Shown here piece after piece: positions 6,938-14,746 of a stretch of DNA of 19,182 nucleotides. The notes beneath the pieces are model-generated. The model saw nothing but the letters and a program-made list of their open reading frames with translations. It was not told the origin of the DNA and did no database searches. The DNA lies in the NCBI GenBank assembly GCA_038858525.1, contig JAWCFL010000008.1:23493-42674 (forward strand), written 5' to 3'. Numbering within the stretch: position 1 is the first letter of the stretch; every line of letters begins with the position of its first letter. Source of the stretch: Candidatus Jordarchaeales archaeon (GTDB taxonomy: Archaea; Asgardarchaeota; Jordiarchaeia; Jordiarchaeales; Freyrarchaeaceae). Made by a program: the position numbers and the translations under genes.

Positions 6938-8809
6938 GTGACCTTCCACGTGGAGGGAGGTGTAAGCTGCGCGTCTCCTCTGGAGGATGATGGAGTGTGG
7001 CGTGAGTTTTTTGGCAGGCTCGAGGGGGCTCAGCTCGGTTCCGAGGTAAGAGACAGGTTTCTAGGGGCTCTAGCTGTGGCCTCAGCCGTTTATGGTGACG
7101 CTGAAAGAGTAATAGGGCTACTGGACAGGGTAAGGGATGCGTATGCTTACGTGGATGCTTCCCTGAGCGCGGCTGCTGAGCTCTGCTGGAAGGGCCTCGT
7201 GGAGAAGGTGGATGTGCTAATCGGGGAGTGCTTAAGGAGGATGGCTGAGCTAAGTCGAGGCGAAGCTGGGGCGCTAGCTCCAAAGCTTGCTTACGTCAAA
7301 GCGCTTGCGGAGGGGGTAGATGAGGGGGTGAGCGTGGCTATGAGGGAGGAGGGGGTATGGCGTTGCCGCTCAGTCCTAGCTGTTGCTTCAGCCATAATTG
7401 AGAGGGGTATAGATGGACTCGATGCTGTTCTTGAGGAGTTTGATTCACGCGTGAGACTGGTATTCGACGAGGAGAAGGCGGGCCTCTTAATAGAGGCGGG
7501 AAAACTTCTGCTTGAAGCTGGAAAAGCTGATGAGGCTAGGGGGATGCTTAGGAGAGCGGTTGAGGTAGCAATGAACATTTACGATGAATTCTCTAAAAGG
7601 ATGATCTTGTCGAGTTTAGTCCCCGCAACTATTAGTGCAGGTATGCTTAAGGAAGCCGTGGTTCTCTCCGGCATTTTGGGTTTAGCAGGGTTACATTACC
7701 TTGAAAGGATCGGTGAGGCTGCCGGTGTGAACGTTGTTAAAATGCCTTTTGATGCACTCGACGCGTATGGCAGGGCGGTTCTGGCCTTAAGGGGGGCCGA
7801 GGTAAGCCTTAGCCGCGAGGCTGTCGCCAAGGCGGCTGAGCATGTCAGGTTGCTTTCGGGGCGTTCATGGTACCCTGAGCTCTTGGCGAGGCTTGCCGTT
7901 GTTCAAGCGAAAACTGGAGAGGAGAAGGAGGGTGAGGCTAATGTCGGAGTGGCTGTTGAGCTGGCGAGTGGGGCGCAGCTTGTGAAGGTTGCCAGTGTGA
8001 TCGCTGAGTGCTATGCAAGCCATGCTGAGAGGGCGCTTGAGAAGGCCTGCAGAGAAGCTGAGGGGCTAAGGAAAGAGGAAAAAATTCTAGTGTTGATGAG
8101 TGCTGCAGTGGCGTGGTCAAGAATTGGGAGGGAAGAAAAGGCTGAGGAGTGCTTTAAGGAGGCGGTTAAGCTGTTGGTTGAGCTCGGGTCGAGTGAGCTC
8201 CTCGTTGAGCTTTCAAGACACCTAGCCCTGTCAAGAAAGCCGGAGGCGGCGCTCAGGTCTTTAATGTGGCTTCTAGATGATGAAAGCAAAGTAGTGCTCC
8301 TAGCCCAAACAGCCTCTATCCTGGTGGAGGAGGGTAGAGTAGAGGAGGGAGTGAAGCTAGCTGAGGAGGCGCACCTTACGACGGGACGAGGAGTAGCGGC
8401 ATTCTCCTCCATGGCGCGGCTAGCGGTTTCCCTCTCGAAGAAGGGGAGGGTGCGAGAGGCGCAGAAAATTGCTCCCATAATAGCTGATGGAATAATGAGT
8501 GAGGCTTTTGGGAACAACTCAGAAGTCCTTAGGCTTCTCAACTCAGCTTTGGAGCTTGCTCCCCGCTTAAGGTTACTAGTCAGAGAGGGGGGAGAAAGAG
8601 CCTCACTGATTCTGCTCAATAGGGGAGGAGGGTGCGTTAACATTGACGTTAAGCTAGGCGGTTTAACGATGAACCTAAGTAGATTGGATGCAGGGGACGC
8701 TGCACATTTAAAGATGGACTCTTCATTGCCTTTTGAATCGGTTAGCGTGAAGTTTGAGGACGCTTTTGGCGTTGAGGAGTGCGTGTTTAAGCTGAAGGCT
8801 TCGAGGTGA
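6938..8809 (+). CDS. TPR-like alpha-solenoid protein with a C-terminal Ig-like beta-sandwich
   Basis: Repeated helix pairs of the type LLxxLAxxxAKxGxxxEA (e.g. LLARLAVVQAKTGEEKEG, LLAQTASILVEEGRVEEG, MARLAVSLSKKGRVREA). The last ~83 aa (8558-8806) alternate like beta-strands with an LLNRGGG motif. The likely start is GTG 6995 (SD GGAGGA), because 6938 is only 3 nt from the TATA. Confidence 0.8.
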   Translation: MTFHVEGGVSCASPLEDDGVWREFFGRLEGAQLGSEVRDRFLGALAVASAVYGDAERVIGLLDRVRDAYAYVDASLSAAAELCWKGLVEKVDVLIGECLRRMAELSRGEAGALAPKLAYVKALAEGVDEGVSVAMREEGVWRCRSVLAVASAIIERGIDGLDAVLEEFDSRVRLVFDEEKAGLLIEAGKLLLEAGKADEARGMLRRAVEVAMNIYDEFSKRMILSSLVPATISAGMLKEAVVLSGILGLAGLHYLERIGEAAGVNVVKMPFDALDAYGRAVLALRGAEVSLSREAVAKAAEHVRLLSGRSWYPELLARLAVVQAKTGEEKEGEANVGVAVELASGAQLVKVASVIAECYASHAERALEKACREAEGLRKEEKILVLMSAAVAWSRIGREEKAEECFKEAVKLLVELGSSELLVELSRHLALSRKPEAALRSLMWLLDDESKVVLLAQTASILVEEGRVEEGVKLAEEAHLTTGRGVAAFSSMARLAVSLSKKGRVREAQKIAPIIADGIMSEAFGNNSEVLRLLNSALELAPRLRLLVREGGERASLILLNRGGGCVNIDVKLGGLTMNLSRLDAGDAAHLKMDSSLPFESVSVKFEDAFGVEECVFKLKASR

Positions 8810-9509
8810 AGTAGCATTCAAGCCTGCCTGCAAGCGTAGCCCTTGCTATCCTGTCCGTGGCGTTAATTGCTTCCTCGAGAAGGCTCACTTGAACTCCTGG
8901 GACGCCGTAGGCTATGAGCAGGGCTTCCTGTGTCTCCTCGGTTATCTTTGTCCTTTCAGAGTCCCTGTAGGGGTATATCGACACAACTCCCTCTTCATCT
9001 GACACCACTATTTCGTTTCCGTTCAGGGGCTTCGGGGAGGACATGCCTATGCCTTGAAATGGTTCCCCGGGCTCCGCAAATCTCACTGTGAGACCACCCC
9101 TAATCTTGCCCATGTCATACGCTCCCAGGGTGACGCCAGTTATGGCTGACGCGAGATTGTAGGAGTTAACGAACTTGTTCACGCGCCATATGTTCCCGCC
9201 CCCCAGTATTCTCCGGATAAGAGCTTCGGAGGCGGGTCTCTGCTTCGTTGGGTCTATTGATAAACGCCAGTAGAAGTCCCTGTAGGCTCTCACCACGGGA
9301 TCATGCTTAAGCGACTCGAGCGTGTACCTTCGCCTTATCTCCTCGAATACCTCAGCCTCCAGACGCTCAACCTCATCAAACCGCTTCTCAGCACTAATAT
9401 CTGTGAACTTTGCTATAACCATCACAAGCTGGGGGTGAGCGAAACCGACCCTAGGATGCCACTCTACTCTAATGAAGGGGCGCTGTTGGGCTGACACCAA
9501 AACCACCAC
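8787..9509 (-). CDS. Stand-alone B3/4 (PheRS beta editing-like) domain protein
   Basis: DPVVRAYRDFYWRLSIDPTKQRPASEALIRRI, VNSYNLASAITG, GAYD, GEPFQGIG, NEIVVSDEEG, YPYRDSERTKIT. The start may be GTG 9497. Confidence 0.9.
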   Translation of the reverse strand: MVVLVSAQQRPFIRVEWHPRVGFAHPQLVMVIAKFTDISAEKRFDEVERLEAEVFEEIRRRYTLESLKHDPVVRAYRDFYWRLSIDPTKQRPASEALIRRILGGGNIWRVNKFVNSYNLASAITGVTLGAYDMGKIRGGLTVRFAEPGEPFQGIGMSSPKPLNGNEIVVSDEEGVVSIYPYRDSERTKITEETQEALLIAYGVPGVQVSLLEEAINATDRIARATLAGRLECYFTSKPSA

Positions 9510-9573
9510 AAGGCGGTTGGCAAGTAAAAGTAAAATATGTTTTTGGTCTGTAAAGCTTAGTGGAGGGGTGAAG

Positions 9574-10329
9574 TTGAAAGTCGTGTACCATGAAAAGTAC
9601 AGGACTGTTTACTCTGGTGACCCGGCTTCAGCTCCGGGGAGGATCGAGGCGATATATGAAGCGTTGAGAGACAATTTCGAGTTTGTCGAGGCGAAGCCGG
9701 CCAGTGAGGAGGACGTCAGGCTGATACATAACCAGCACCACTTAGATTACGTTAAGCGGGACAGCGTCCTATTCGAGGTGGCATTACTCGCCGTCGGCGG
9801 AGCCATAATGGCTTCTGACATAGCTATGAGCGGCGAGGCTGCCTTCGGCCTTATAAGGCCGCCCGGGCACCATGCGAGTCCTGGGTCAAGTTGGGGGTTC
9901 TGCTACTTTAACAATATAGCGATAGCCGTTGAGAGGCTCATAAGAAAGGGCGAAGTGGAAAGGGTGCTTATAGTGGACTTCGACCTCCACTACGGTGACG
10001 GGACGGCTAACGCCTTCTCCGGGCGGACGGATGTCAAATACATACATCCTGAGGGGGACAGCAGGGAGGTGTACATGGAGAACACTAAGACGTCTCTCTC
10101 GCTGCTAAGAGGAGAGTTTGACCTGTTAGGCGTGTCAGCCGGGTTCGACAGGCACGTAGAAGACTGGGGTGGACTTCTCACCACTGATGACTACAAAGAG
10201 CTGGGCTCCCTTCTAAGAGAGTTCTCGGAGGAGAAGTGTAAAGGAAGAAGGTTCGCCGTCCTAGAGGGGGGATATAACCACAATGTTCTGGGGAGAAACG
10301 TGAAGGCTTTCCTCGAAGGATTCAAGTAG
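9574..10329 (+). CDS. Histone deacetylase / acetylpolyamine amidohydrolase family protein (compact, 251 aa)
   Basis: RPPGHHA, GFCYFNN, DFDLHYGDGT, SAGFD, LEGGY. Start TTG 9574 (or GTG 9568) follows SD GGAGGGGTG; the track start 9472 would overlap the divergent gene. Confidence 0.92.
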   Translation: MKVVYHEKYRTVYSGDPASAPGRIEAIYEALRDNFEFVEAKPASEEDVRLIHNQHHLDYVKRDSVLFEVALLAVGGAIMASDIAMSGEAAFGLIRPPGHHASPGSSWGFCYFNNIAIAVERLIRKGEVERVLIVDFDLHYGDGTANAFSGRTDVKYIHPEGDSREVYMENTKTSLSLLRGEFDLLGVSAGFDRHVEDWGGLLTTDDYKELGSLLREFSEEKCKGRRFAVLEGGYNHNVLGRNVKAFLEGFK

Positions 10330-10433
10330 CCCGCCAGTTGAAGCGACATCAACCTGTGCGAGAAGACAGTGTTAAAGCAATTAAAAGCGATGCGCATAAG
10401 CGTTTAGGACAACGCATAAGAACGAAATGATTA

Positions 10434-10449
10434 AAAAATCTAATATATA
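10434..10449 (+). promoter_or_regulatory. BRE/TATA-like element for the 10502 CDS
   Basis: A-run followed by TAATATATA about 53 nt upstream of GTG 10502; SD GGGGGAG at 10487-10493. Confidence 0.45.
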
Positions 10450-10501
10450 GGAAAAACGTATAGAACTAAGTGAGAGATGATTTTTAGGGGGAGTAGCTGT
10501 T

Positions 10502-11611
10502 GTGTCCTTAAGGGGGAAGGTCGCTGAGTTTCTTCGAGAAAACGTGAAGCTGTCCATGCTTATGGGGGAAAGCTTGGATGTATTTGCAAAGTCTATTGAG
10601 GAGCTCTACAGGAACTTTCTGATGGGCTGCATGCATGAGTTGCTAATGGAGTACTACAGAGTTGTTCGTTCTCTGATAAGCTTCTTGGAGGAGTATGTTT
10701 CCCTGTGCTTCTCGGTTAGAAGGCTTTTCTTGGACCTGCTTTACGCTATAGGGCTGAGGGAAGCCTACCACGCCGTCCTGCAGGATGACGGCCTTCTCGG
10801 CAAGGTTAAGGTGCGTGTGGTTGACGCTCTCTTTTTGAGGCTGCATGTGAAGTCAACCGTTAATGCTCTCGCTCCCTCCATAGATATGACGCTTAAGGGG
10901 TTCTCTTTAGATGAGCTGAGGAAGGAGGCAGAAGTAGTTGAATCCAAGTTTCTGTCGGAACTAATCTTTAAGGTCACGAAGCAGGCTGATTGCTGGGATA
11001 GATGTGTGGAGCACTTAAATTTTTTACTGGAAAAAATTGAAAGCGGAAGCAACGAGGAGGTCGTCGAGGCAGTGAAGGATTTGCTTGATACTTTAAGGCC
11101 GCTCATGAGAAGTATTGAGGAGACGCTTAGCCAAGTGACCTCTAAGCTGGGCGTCGAGAGGGAAAGTGAAGTATCCACGACTATGGAGGAGTTATCGATG
11201 GGAACTAAGGATTTTCTGGAAAAGTGGAGGGAAGCTCATGAGGCCACCATAAGATACTTGAAAACTGTTTTCTTCATGGTTTGGAGTAACGTTGAGGACG
11301 GATTAGAAAAGTTGAAGGAGACCATTCAAGGGAAAAAAGTTGAGGAGCTGATCCCCAAGGAGCTGTCTCCGAGGGACGTCGCCTTCGCCGCCTCGCAGGC
11401 GATGATGGAGCTAAACGAGGCTGCTGACGCTAGCAGGATGCAGATGGATAAGCTGCAGTACTTCCTCAGGGTTACGGAGGTGCTTGAGAGCGCTGTTTTG
11501 AGGAGGCTGGCCGATGAAATGAAAAAGAGGTTTGAGGTGTTTAGCGAGTTTCAGCAAGATATGTTCGAAAAACTTGAAGAGATAAGAGCCTTAGCAAAAA
11601 AGGAAGCTTAA
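10502..11611 (+). CDS. Hypothetical all-alpha / coiled-coil-rich protein (369 aa)
   Basis: Long ORF with its own SD and TATA. E/L/K/R-rich amphipathic helices throughout, no TM segment, no recognisable catalytic motif. Confidence 0.82.
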   Translation: MSLRGKVAEFLRENVKLSMLMGESLDVFAKSIEELYRNFLMGCMHELLMEYYRVVRSLISFLEEYVSLCFSVRRLFLDLLYAIGLREAYHAVLQDDGLLGKVKVRVVDALFLRLHVKSTVNALAPSIDMTLKGFSLDELRKEAEVVESKFLSELIFKVTKQADCWDRCVEHLNFLLEKIESGSNEEVVEAVKDLLDTLRPLMRSIEETLSQVTSKLGVERESEVSTTMEELSMGTKDFLEKWREAHEATIRYLKTVFFMVWSNVEDGLEKLKETIQGKKVEELIPKELSPRDVAFAASQAMMELNEAADASRMQMDKLQYFLRVTEVLESAVLRRLADEMKKRFEVFSEFQQDMFEKLEEIRALAKKEA

Positions 11612-11749
11612 TAGTAACTTGGGTTCAGAAAAACAATAGGGTAGCAAAATCAAGCGTTGAGCGACGAAAAAGTTGCGGTTCGAAGCGTGTTAAGCCCACG
11701 TTTGAGTGTGGCACACTAAATGTTGTTGATATTTGATCCTTGTCTCGTT

Positions 11750-12673
11750 TTATAGGCGTTGTCTGAGGTGTTCCGGCTGGAGAAGGGTACGCCCCAACTC
11801 GGGGTCTGATTCCAGTATGTCTATGTGAATGCCTAAAAAGTTAAGAAGGTCTTCTTTTTCGTCCGGCAACTTCCCATTTACCGGTAGGTAGTTTGATACG
11901 TGGTCGCTTAGAAACCAGCTTGAAACTTTGAGTCTTTCAATTAGGAGCCTTGTCTCCTTGAGCACCTCGAGTGGTGATGAGACTTTGAATTCCCCACTAA
12001 CAACTCTTTCATGTAGGGGGGTTCCTGGTATTGGAACTAGTGTTCGAACTCTTATGAACGTCGGGTTTATCTTGTTCAGCACGTTAGCGGTCTCCGAGGC
12101 GTGCCTTTCCCACCTATCCTTTCCACCCAAGCCGAGGATCACGTACTCTGTGAGCTCGAAGCCCGCCTCCATCGCCTTTCTTCCAGCCTCCGCCATTTCG
12201 CTCGCCGTAATGCCCTTACACATGTACTTCAGAAGATGGTCATCGCCCGTCTCAAGACCTACATGCAACCTAGTTAAGCCAGCCTCCCTCAGCGCTACAA
12301 GGTCCTCCAGCGGCTTACGAAGTATGGTCTTAGCCCTAGCGTAACTCGTGATCCTCCTCAACCCCGGAAACACCTCACGGGCAAACCTCAAAACATCAAG
12401 CAGTTCCTCGGTCTTCATCACGAGGGAGTTACTGTCCCCGATGAACATAGTTGGGCGCAGGCCGAAAATGCCCCTAGCAGCCACAATATCCCTCTTAATG
12501 TCCTCGAGCGGCCTACGAGAGAAACGCATACCTTTATACATCACGCAGAAGGCACACTTGTTCCACGGGCAACCCCGAGTAGCCCTCAAAAGAATACTCT
12601 CAGCTTCAGACGGAGGCCTAAATGGAGGGAAATCGTAGCCCAGCCCAGAAACCAATGAGACCACCATGAACAC
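11750..12673 (-). CDS. Radical SAM protein (no B12-binding domain)
   Basis: FRPPSEAESILLRATRGCPWNKCAFC (CxxxCxxC), FIGDSN, LHVGLETG, YVILGLGG. The start may be ATG 12667. Confidence 0.92.
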   Translation of the reverse strand: MFMVVSLVSGLGYDFPPFRPPSEAESILLRATRGCPWNKCAFCVMYKGMRFSRRPLEDIKRDIVAARGIFGLRPTMFIGDSNSLVMKTEELLDVLRFAREVFPGLRRITSYARAKTILRKPLEDLVALREAGLTRLHVGLETGDDHLLKYMCKGITASEMAEAGRKAMEAGFELTEYVILGLGGKDRWERHASETANVLNKINPTFIRVRTLVPIPGTPLHERVVSGEFKVSSPLEVLKETRLLIERLKVSSWFLSDHVSNYLPVNGKLPDEKEDLLNFLGIHIDILESDPELGRTLLQPEHLRQRL

Positions 12674-12687
12674 GTGTAAAACTCGAA

Positions 12688-12695
12688 CTTTAAAG
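12688..12695 (-). promoter_or_regulatory. TATA box for the radical SAM gene, probably a leaderless transcript
   Basis: CTTTAAAG about 20-25 nt upstream of GTG 12673 / ATG 12667, with no SD in between. Confidence 0.45.
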
Positions 12696-12721
12696 GATTA
12701 CTGCGCAACGACACTAACACC

Positions 12722-12781
12722 AAGAAAAAGAAAGAAGATGATGTGGCGCCAGCGTTCCTTTGAAATAATGAAGGAAGCGCT
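12722..12781 (-). terminator. Hairpin plus U-rich tract terminating the 14054-12780 operon
   Basis: AGCGTTCCTT (12751-12760) pairs with AAGGAAGCGCT (12771-12781) with one bulge. The hairpin starts at the stop codon and is followed on the minus strand by TTCTTTCTTTTTCTT. Confidence 0.55.
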
Positions 12782-13244
12782 ACGAGTAAACTAAGTATTC
12801 TTTCTTTCTTAGCCCTATGGCTACCTCCACGACGTATATCAGGGCGGTCGCCGCCACGACGTAAGACAAAAGCATTATGACGCCATTAACGTCTAAGATG
12901 GCCACAAGGCTGATTCCCCTAATGAAGAACTCCATAGGGTAAAAAAGGTTAACGAGCAGTATCCCTGGGAAGGATGCAATCCACAGCGCTGTGACGAGGC
13001 TCCTAGCCACACCTGCCAGGCCGTGCCCCACACACTCCCCCTTAAACAAGCCTAACAAGAAGAACGTGCCGGCAGCGGTAACGCCGAAAAGCACCAGTGG
13101 AACCGGGCTAAACGGGTAGAACACACCCCACCTTGACAGCAACTGCTGAGCGAAGTTGAGAAGCCACAATGGCACGACAACGTAACCCAGAACGCCGAAA
13201 AACATGAAGATGAAGCCTTTAACCACAGCCTTAGCCGCTCCCAT
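12780..13244 (-). CDS. Hypothetical membrane protein (about 4 TM helices)
   Basis: Four hydrophobic segments. ATG 13244 follows SD GAGGGGTGG, which overlaps the stop of the upstream gene, indicating an operon. Confidence 0.78.
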   Translation of the reverse strand: MGAAKAVVKGFIFMFFGVLGYVVVPLWLLNFAQQLLSRWGVFYPFSPVPLVLFGVTAAGTFFLLGLFKGECVGHGLAGVARSLVTALWIASFPGILLVNLFYPMEFFIRGISLVAILDVNGVIMLLSYVVAATALIYVVEVAIGLRKKEYLVYS

Positions 13245-13253
13245 AACCACCCC

Positions 13254-14054
13254 TCACGAAACATGATACTTCACAGGCCAGACGAAGACGAACGGCTTAG
13301 TAAAATTGAGAACCACAGTGTAGTCTCCCGTAGACGGGGAGGGAGGTGCAGTTAACGTATAGGTTATGGTGTCGTTGAAGTCTCCTAAGGGAACGGTTTT
13401 AGAGTAGGAAGCGACATCTGTTATTTTATCGCCGTCGGGGTCCAGTATGTATGACGTGAATTCAAGCTGGTATGACTGAAACTTGTTCGTGAAGGAGAAG
13501 CTTACGTTAACCTGTGACGGTGAAATTTTTAGTTCGGTTATCGTGAAGTTGTACATTGGGGAGCCTATTTCTAGGGGGATTTTGATCATTCCTGCGAAGC
13601 CGACTCTCGATTGGAGGTATCTGAATCCTATGAAAGCCTCATACTGGAAGTAGACGCTGCCACTCATAAACTTCGCAAAGGCTTCCTCGGCGAGACCTGA
13701 GAAATTGGCGTAAAACGAAATTTTCAGCGGAACAGCGAACCTGGCGGGGATCATCGTTGATATCTGCGGAACCTCGACCATCGATTCTCCAGCATCGTTC
13801 ACCATCTTAAAGTATATCAAAACGTTTTCTATAGGAGAGAAGCCCGAGTTGATCACTATGACTGGGAATGTCGCGTTAAATACGCCTCCGCTCGTATCGA
13901 TGGATGGAGGCTCAAACGGGGACGGAACAACGGAGACGTTCGGCGGCAGGAGAAAGAAGACTCCAAGCAACGAGTATACGAAAACCGACGAGACAGCGAT
14001 GAAGCCAATGAACTTCAGAATACGCATGAGCCAAGCCATTCTCTCACTCTTCAA
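13254..14054 (-). CDS. Membrane-anchored extracellular beta-rich protein, probable glycoprotein
   Basis: One N-terminal TM (FIGFIAVSSVFVYSLLGVFFLL) followed by beta-strand-rich sequence with 7 N-X-S/T sequons. ATG 14039 is an alternative start. Confidence 0.8.
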   Translation of the reverse strand: MKSERMAWLMRILKFIGFIAVSSVFVYSLLGVFFLLPPNVSVVPSPFEPPSIDTSGGVFNATFPVIVINSGFSPIENVLIYFKMVNDAGESMVEVPQISTMIPARFAVPLKISFYANFSGLAEEAFAKFMSGSVYFQYEAFIGFRYLQSRVGFAGMIKIPLEIGSPMYNFTITELKISPSQVNVSFSFTNKFQSYQLEFTSYILDPDGDKITDVASYSKTVPLGDFNDTITYTLTAPPSPSTGDYTVVLNFTKPFVFVWPVKYHVS

Positions 14055-14170
14055 ACTTCTCCAACAAAAAACAATTAACGGTTAGAGTTTTCTTGGAAAT
14101 AAAACTTTTGATAATACTTTTCACAGTTAAGGAGGTTGAATTTACTGAAAAACAGACCGAGAGGAAGAAT

Positions 14171-14746
14171 ATGGAGGAGTCAGATGCTTTAAGGATGCTG
14201 GAGCAGCTCAAGGTTAAAGCTGAGAACTGCACTAAGTGCCCTTTGTCCTCCACCCGGAGGAGTGTTGTCTTCGGGGAGGGCGGAGTTGAGTTGCGCATCA
14301 TGATGATTGGCGAGGCTCCGGGGAGAGAGGAGGACGCTCAGGGTAGACCATTCGTTGGGCGGGCTGGTAGGTTGCTCGACGAGTTGCTCCGCAATATTGG
14401 AGTGGACAGAGGGAGCCTATACATAACTAACGTCGTCAAGTGCAGGCCTCCCGGAAATAGGCCTCCAAGGAAAAGCGAGATCGAGGCGTGCAAAGAATAT
14501 CTTTTGGGGCAGCTTGAAGCCGTTAAGCCGAGGCTGGTGGTGCTACTGGGAAGCGTCGCTCTTAGAGCCCTTCTGGGTGAAGACTACGCTGTTACTTCGG
14601 ATAGGGGGAACCCATTGGCGAGGGGTGAGCTTGTTTTTCTTCCAACGCTGCATCCTGCCTCGGCTCTTTACAACCCTAAAAACAAAAAGCTGTTAGAGGA
14701 GGACATGAGAAAGTTCAGGGATTTACTTGACAAGTTGAAACAGTAG
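14171..14746 (+). CDS. udg: Family-4 uracil-DNA glycosylase (4Fe-4S)
   Basis: NCTKCPL, IGEAPGREED, PFVGRAG, TNVVKCRPPGNRPP, EACKEYL, LHPA. ATG 14171 is preferred over the track start at 14093. Confidence 0.93.
   Translation: MEESDALRMLEQLKVKAENCTKCPLSSTRRSVVFGEGGVELRIMMIGEAPGREEDAQGRPFVGRAGRLLDELLRNIGVDRGSLYITNVVKCRPPGNRPPRKSEIEACKEYLLGQLEAVKPRLVVLLGSVALRALLGEDYAVTSDRGNPLARGELVFLPTLHPASALYNPKNKKLLEEDMRKFRDLLDKLKQ

Noticed and set aside
6897-7283. 129-codon N-terminal extension of the methyltransferase in the track (368 aa ORF)
   Set aside because: It is antisense to the TPR-like gene and reads as P/L/R/H-rich shadow sequence; the SD and TATA point to ATG 6896.
8011-8817. 268-aa minus-strand ORF (also 7291..7578 and 7938..8120)
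   Set aside because: S/A-rich antisense shadows of the TPR-like gene.
9472-9567. N-terminal extension of the HDAC ORF
   Set aside because: It overlaps the divergent B3/4 gene start and the shared promoter; a strong SD lies just before 9568/9574.
11672-11690. GGTTCGAA, resembling a tRNA T-loop
   Set aside because: The flanks do not form a T-stem and no cloverleaf or acceptor stem can be built.
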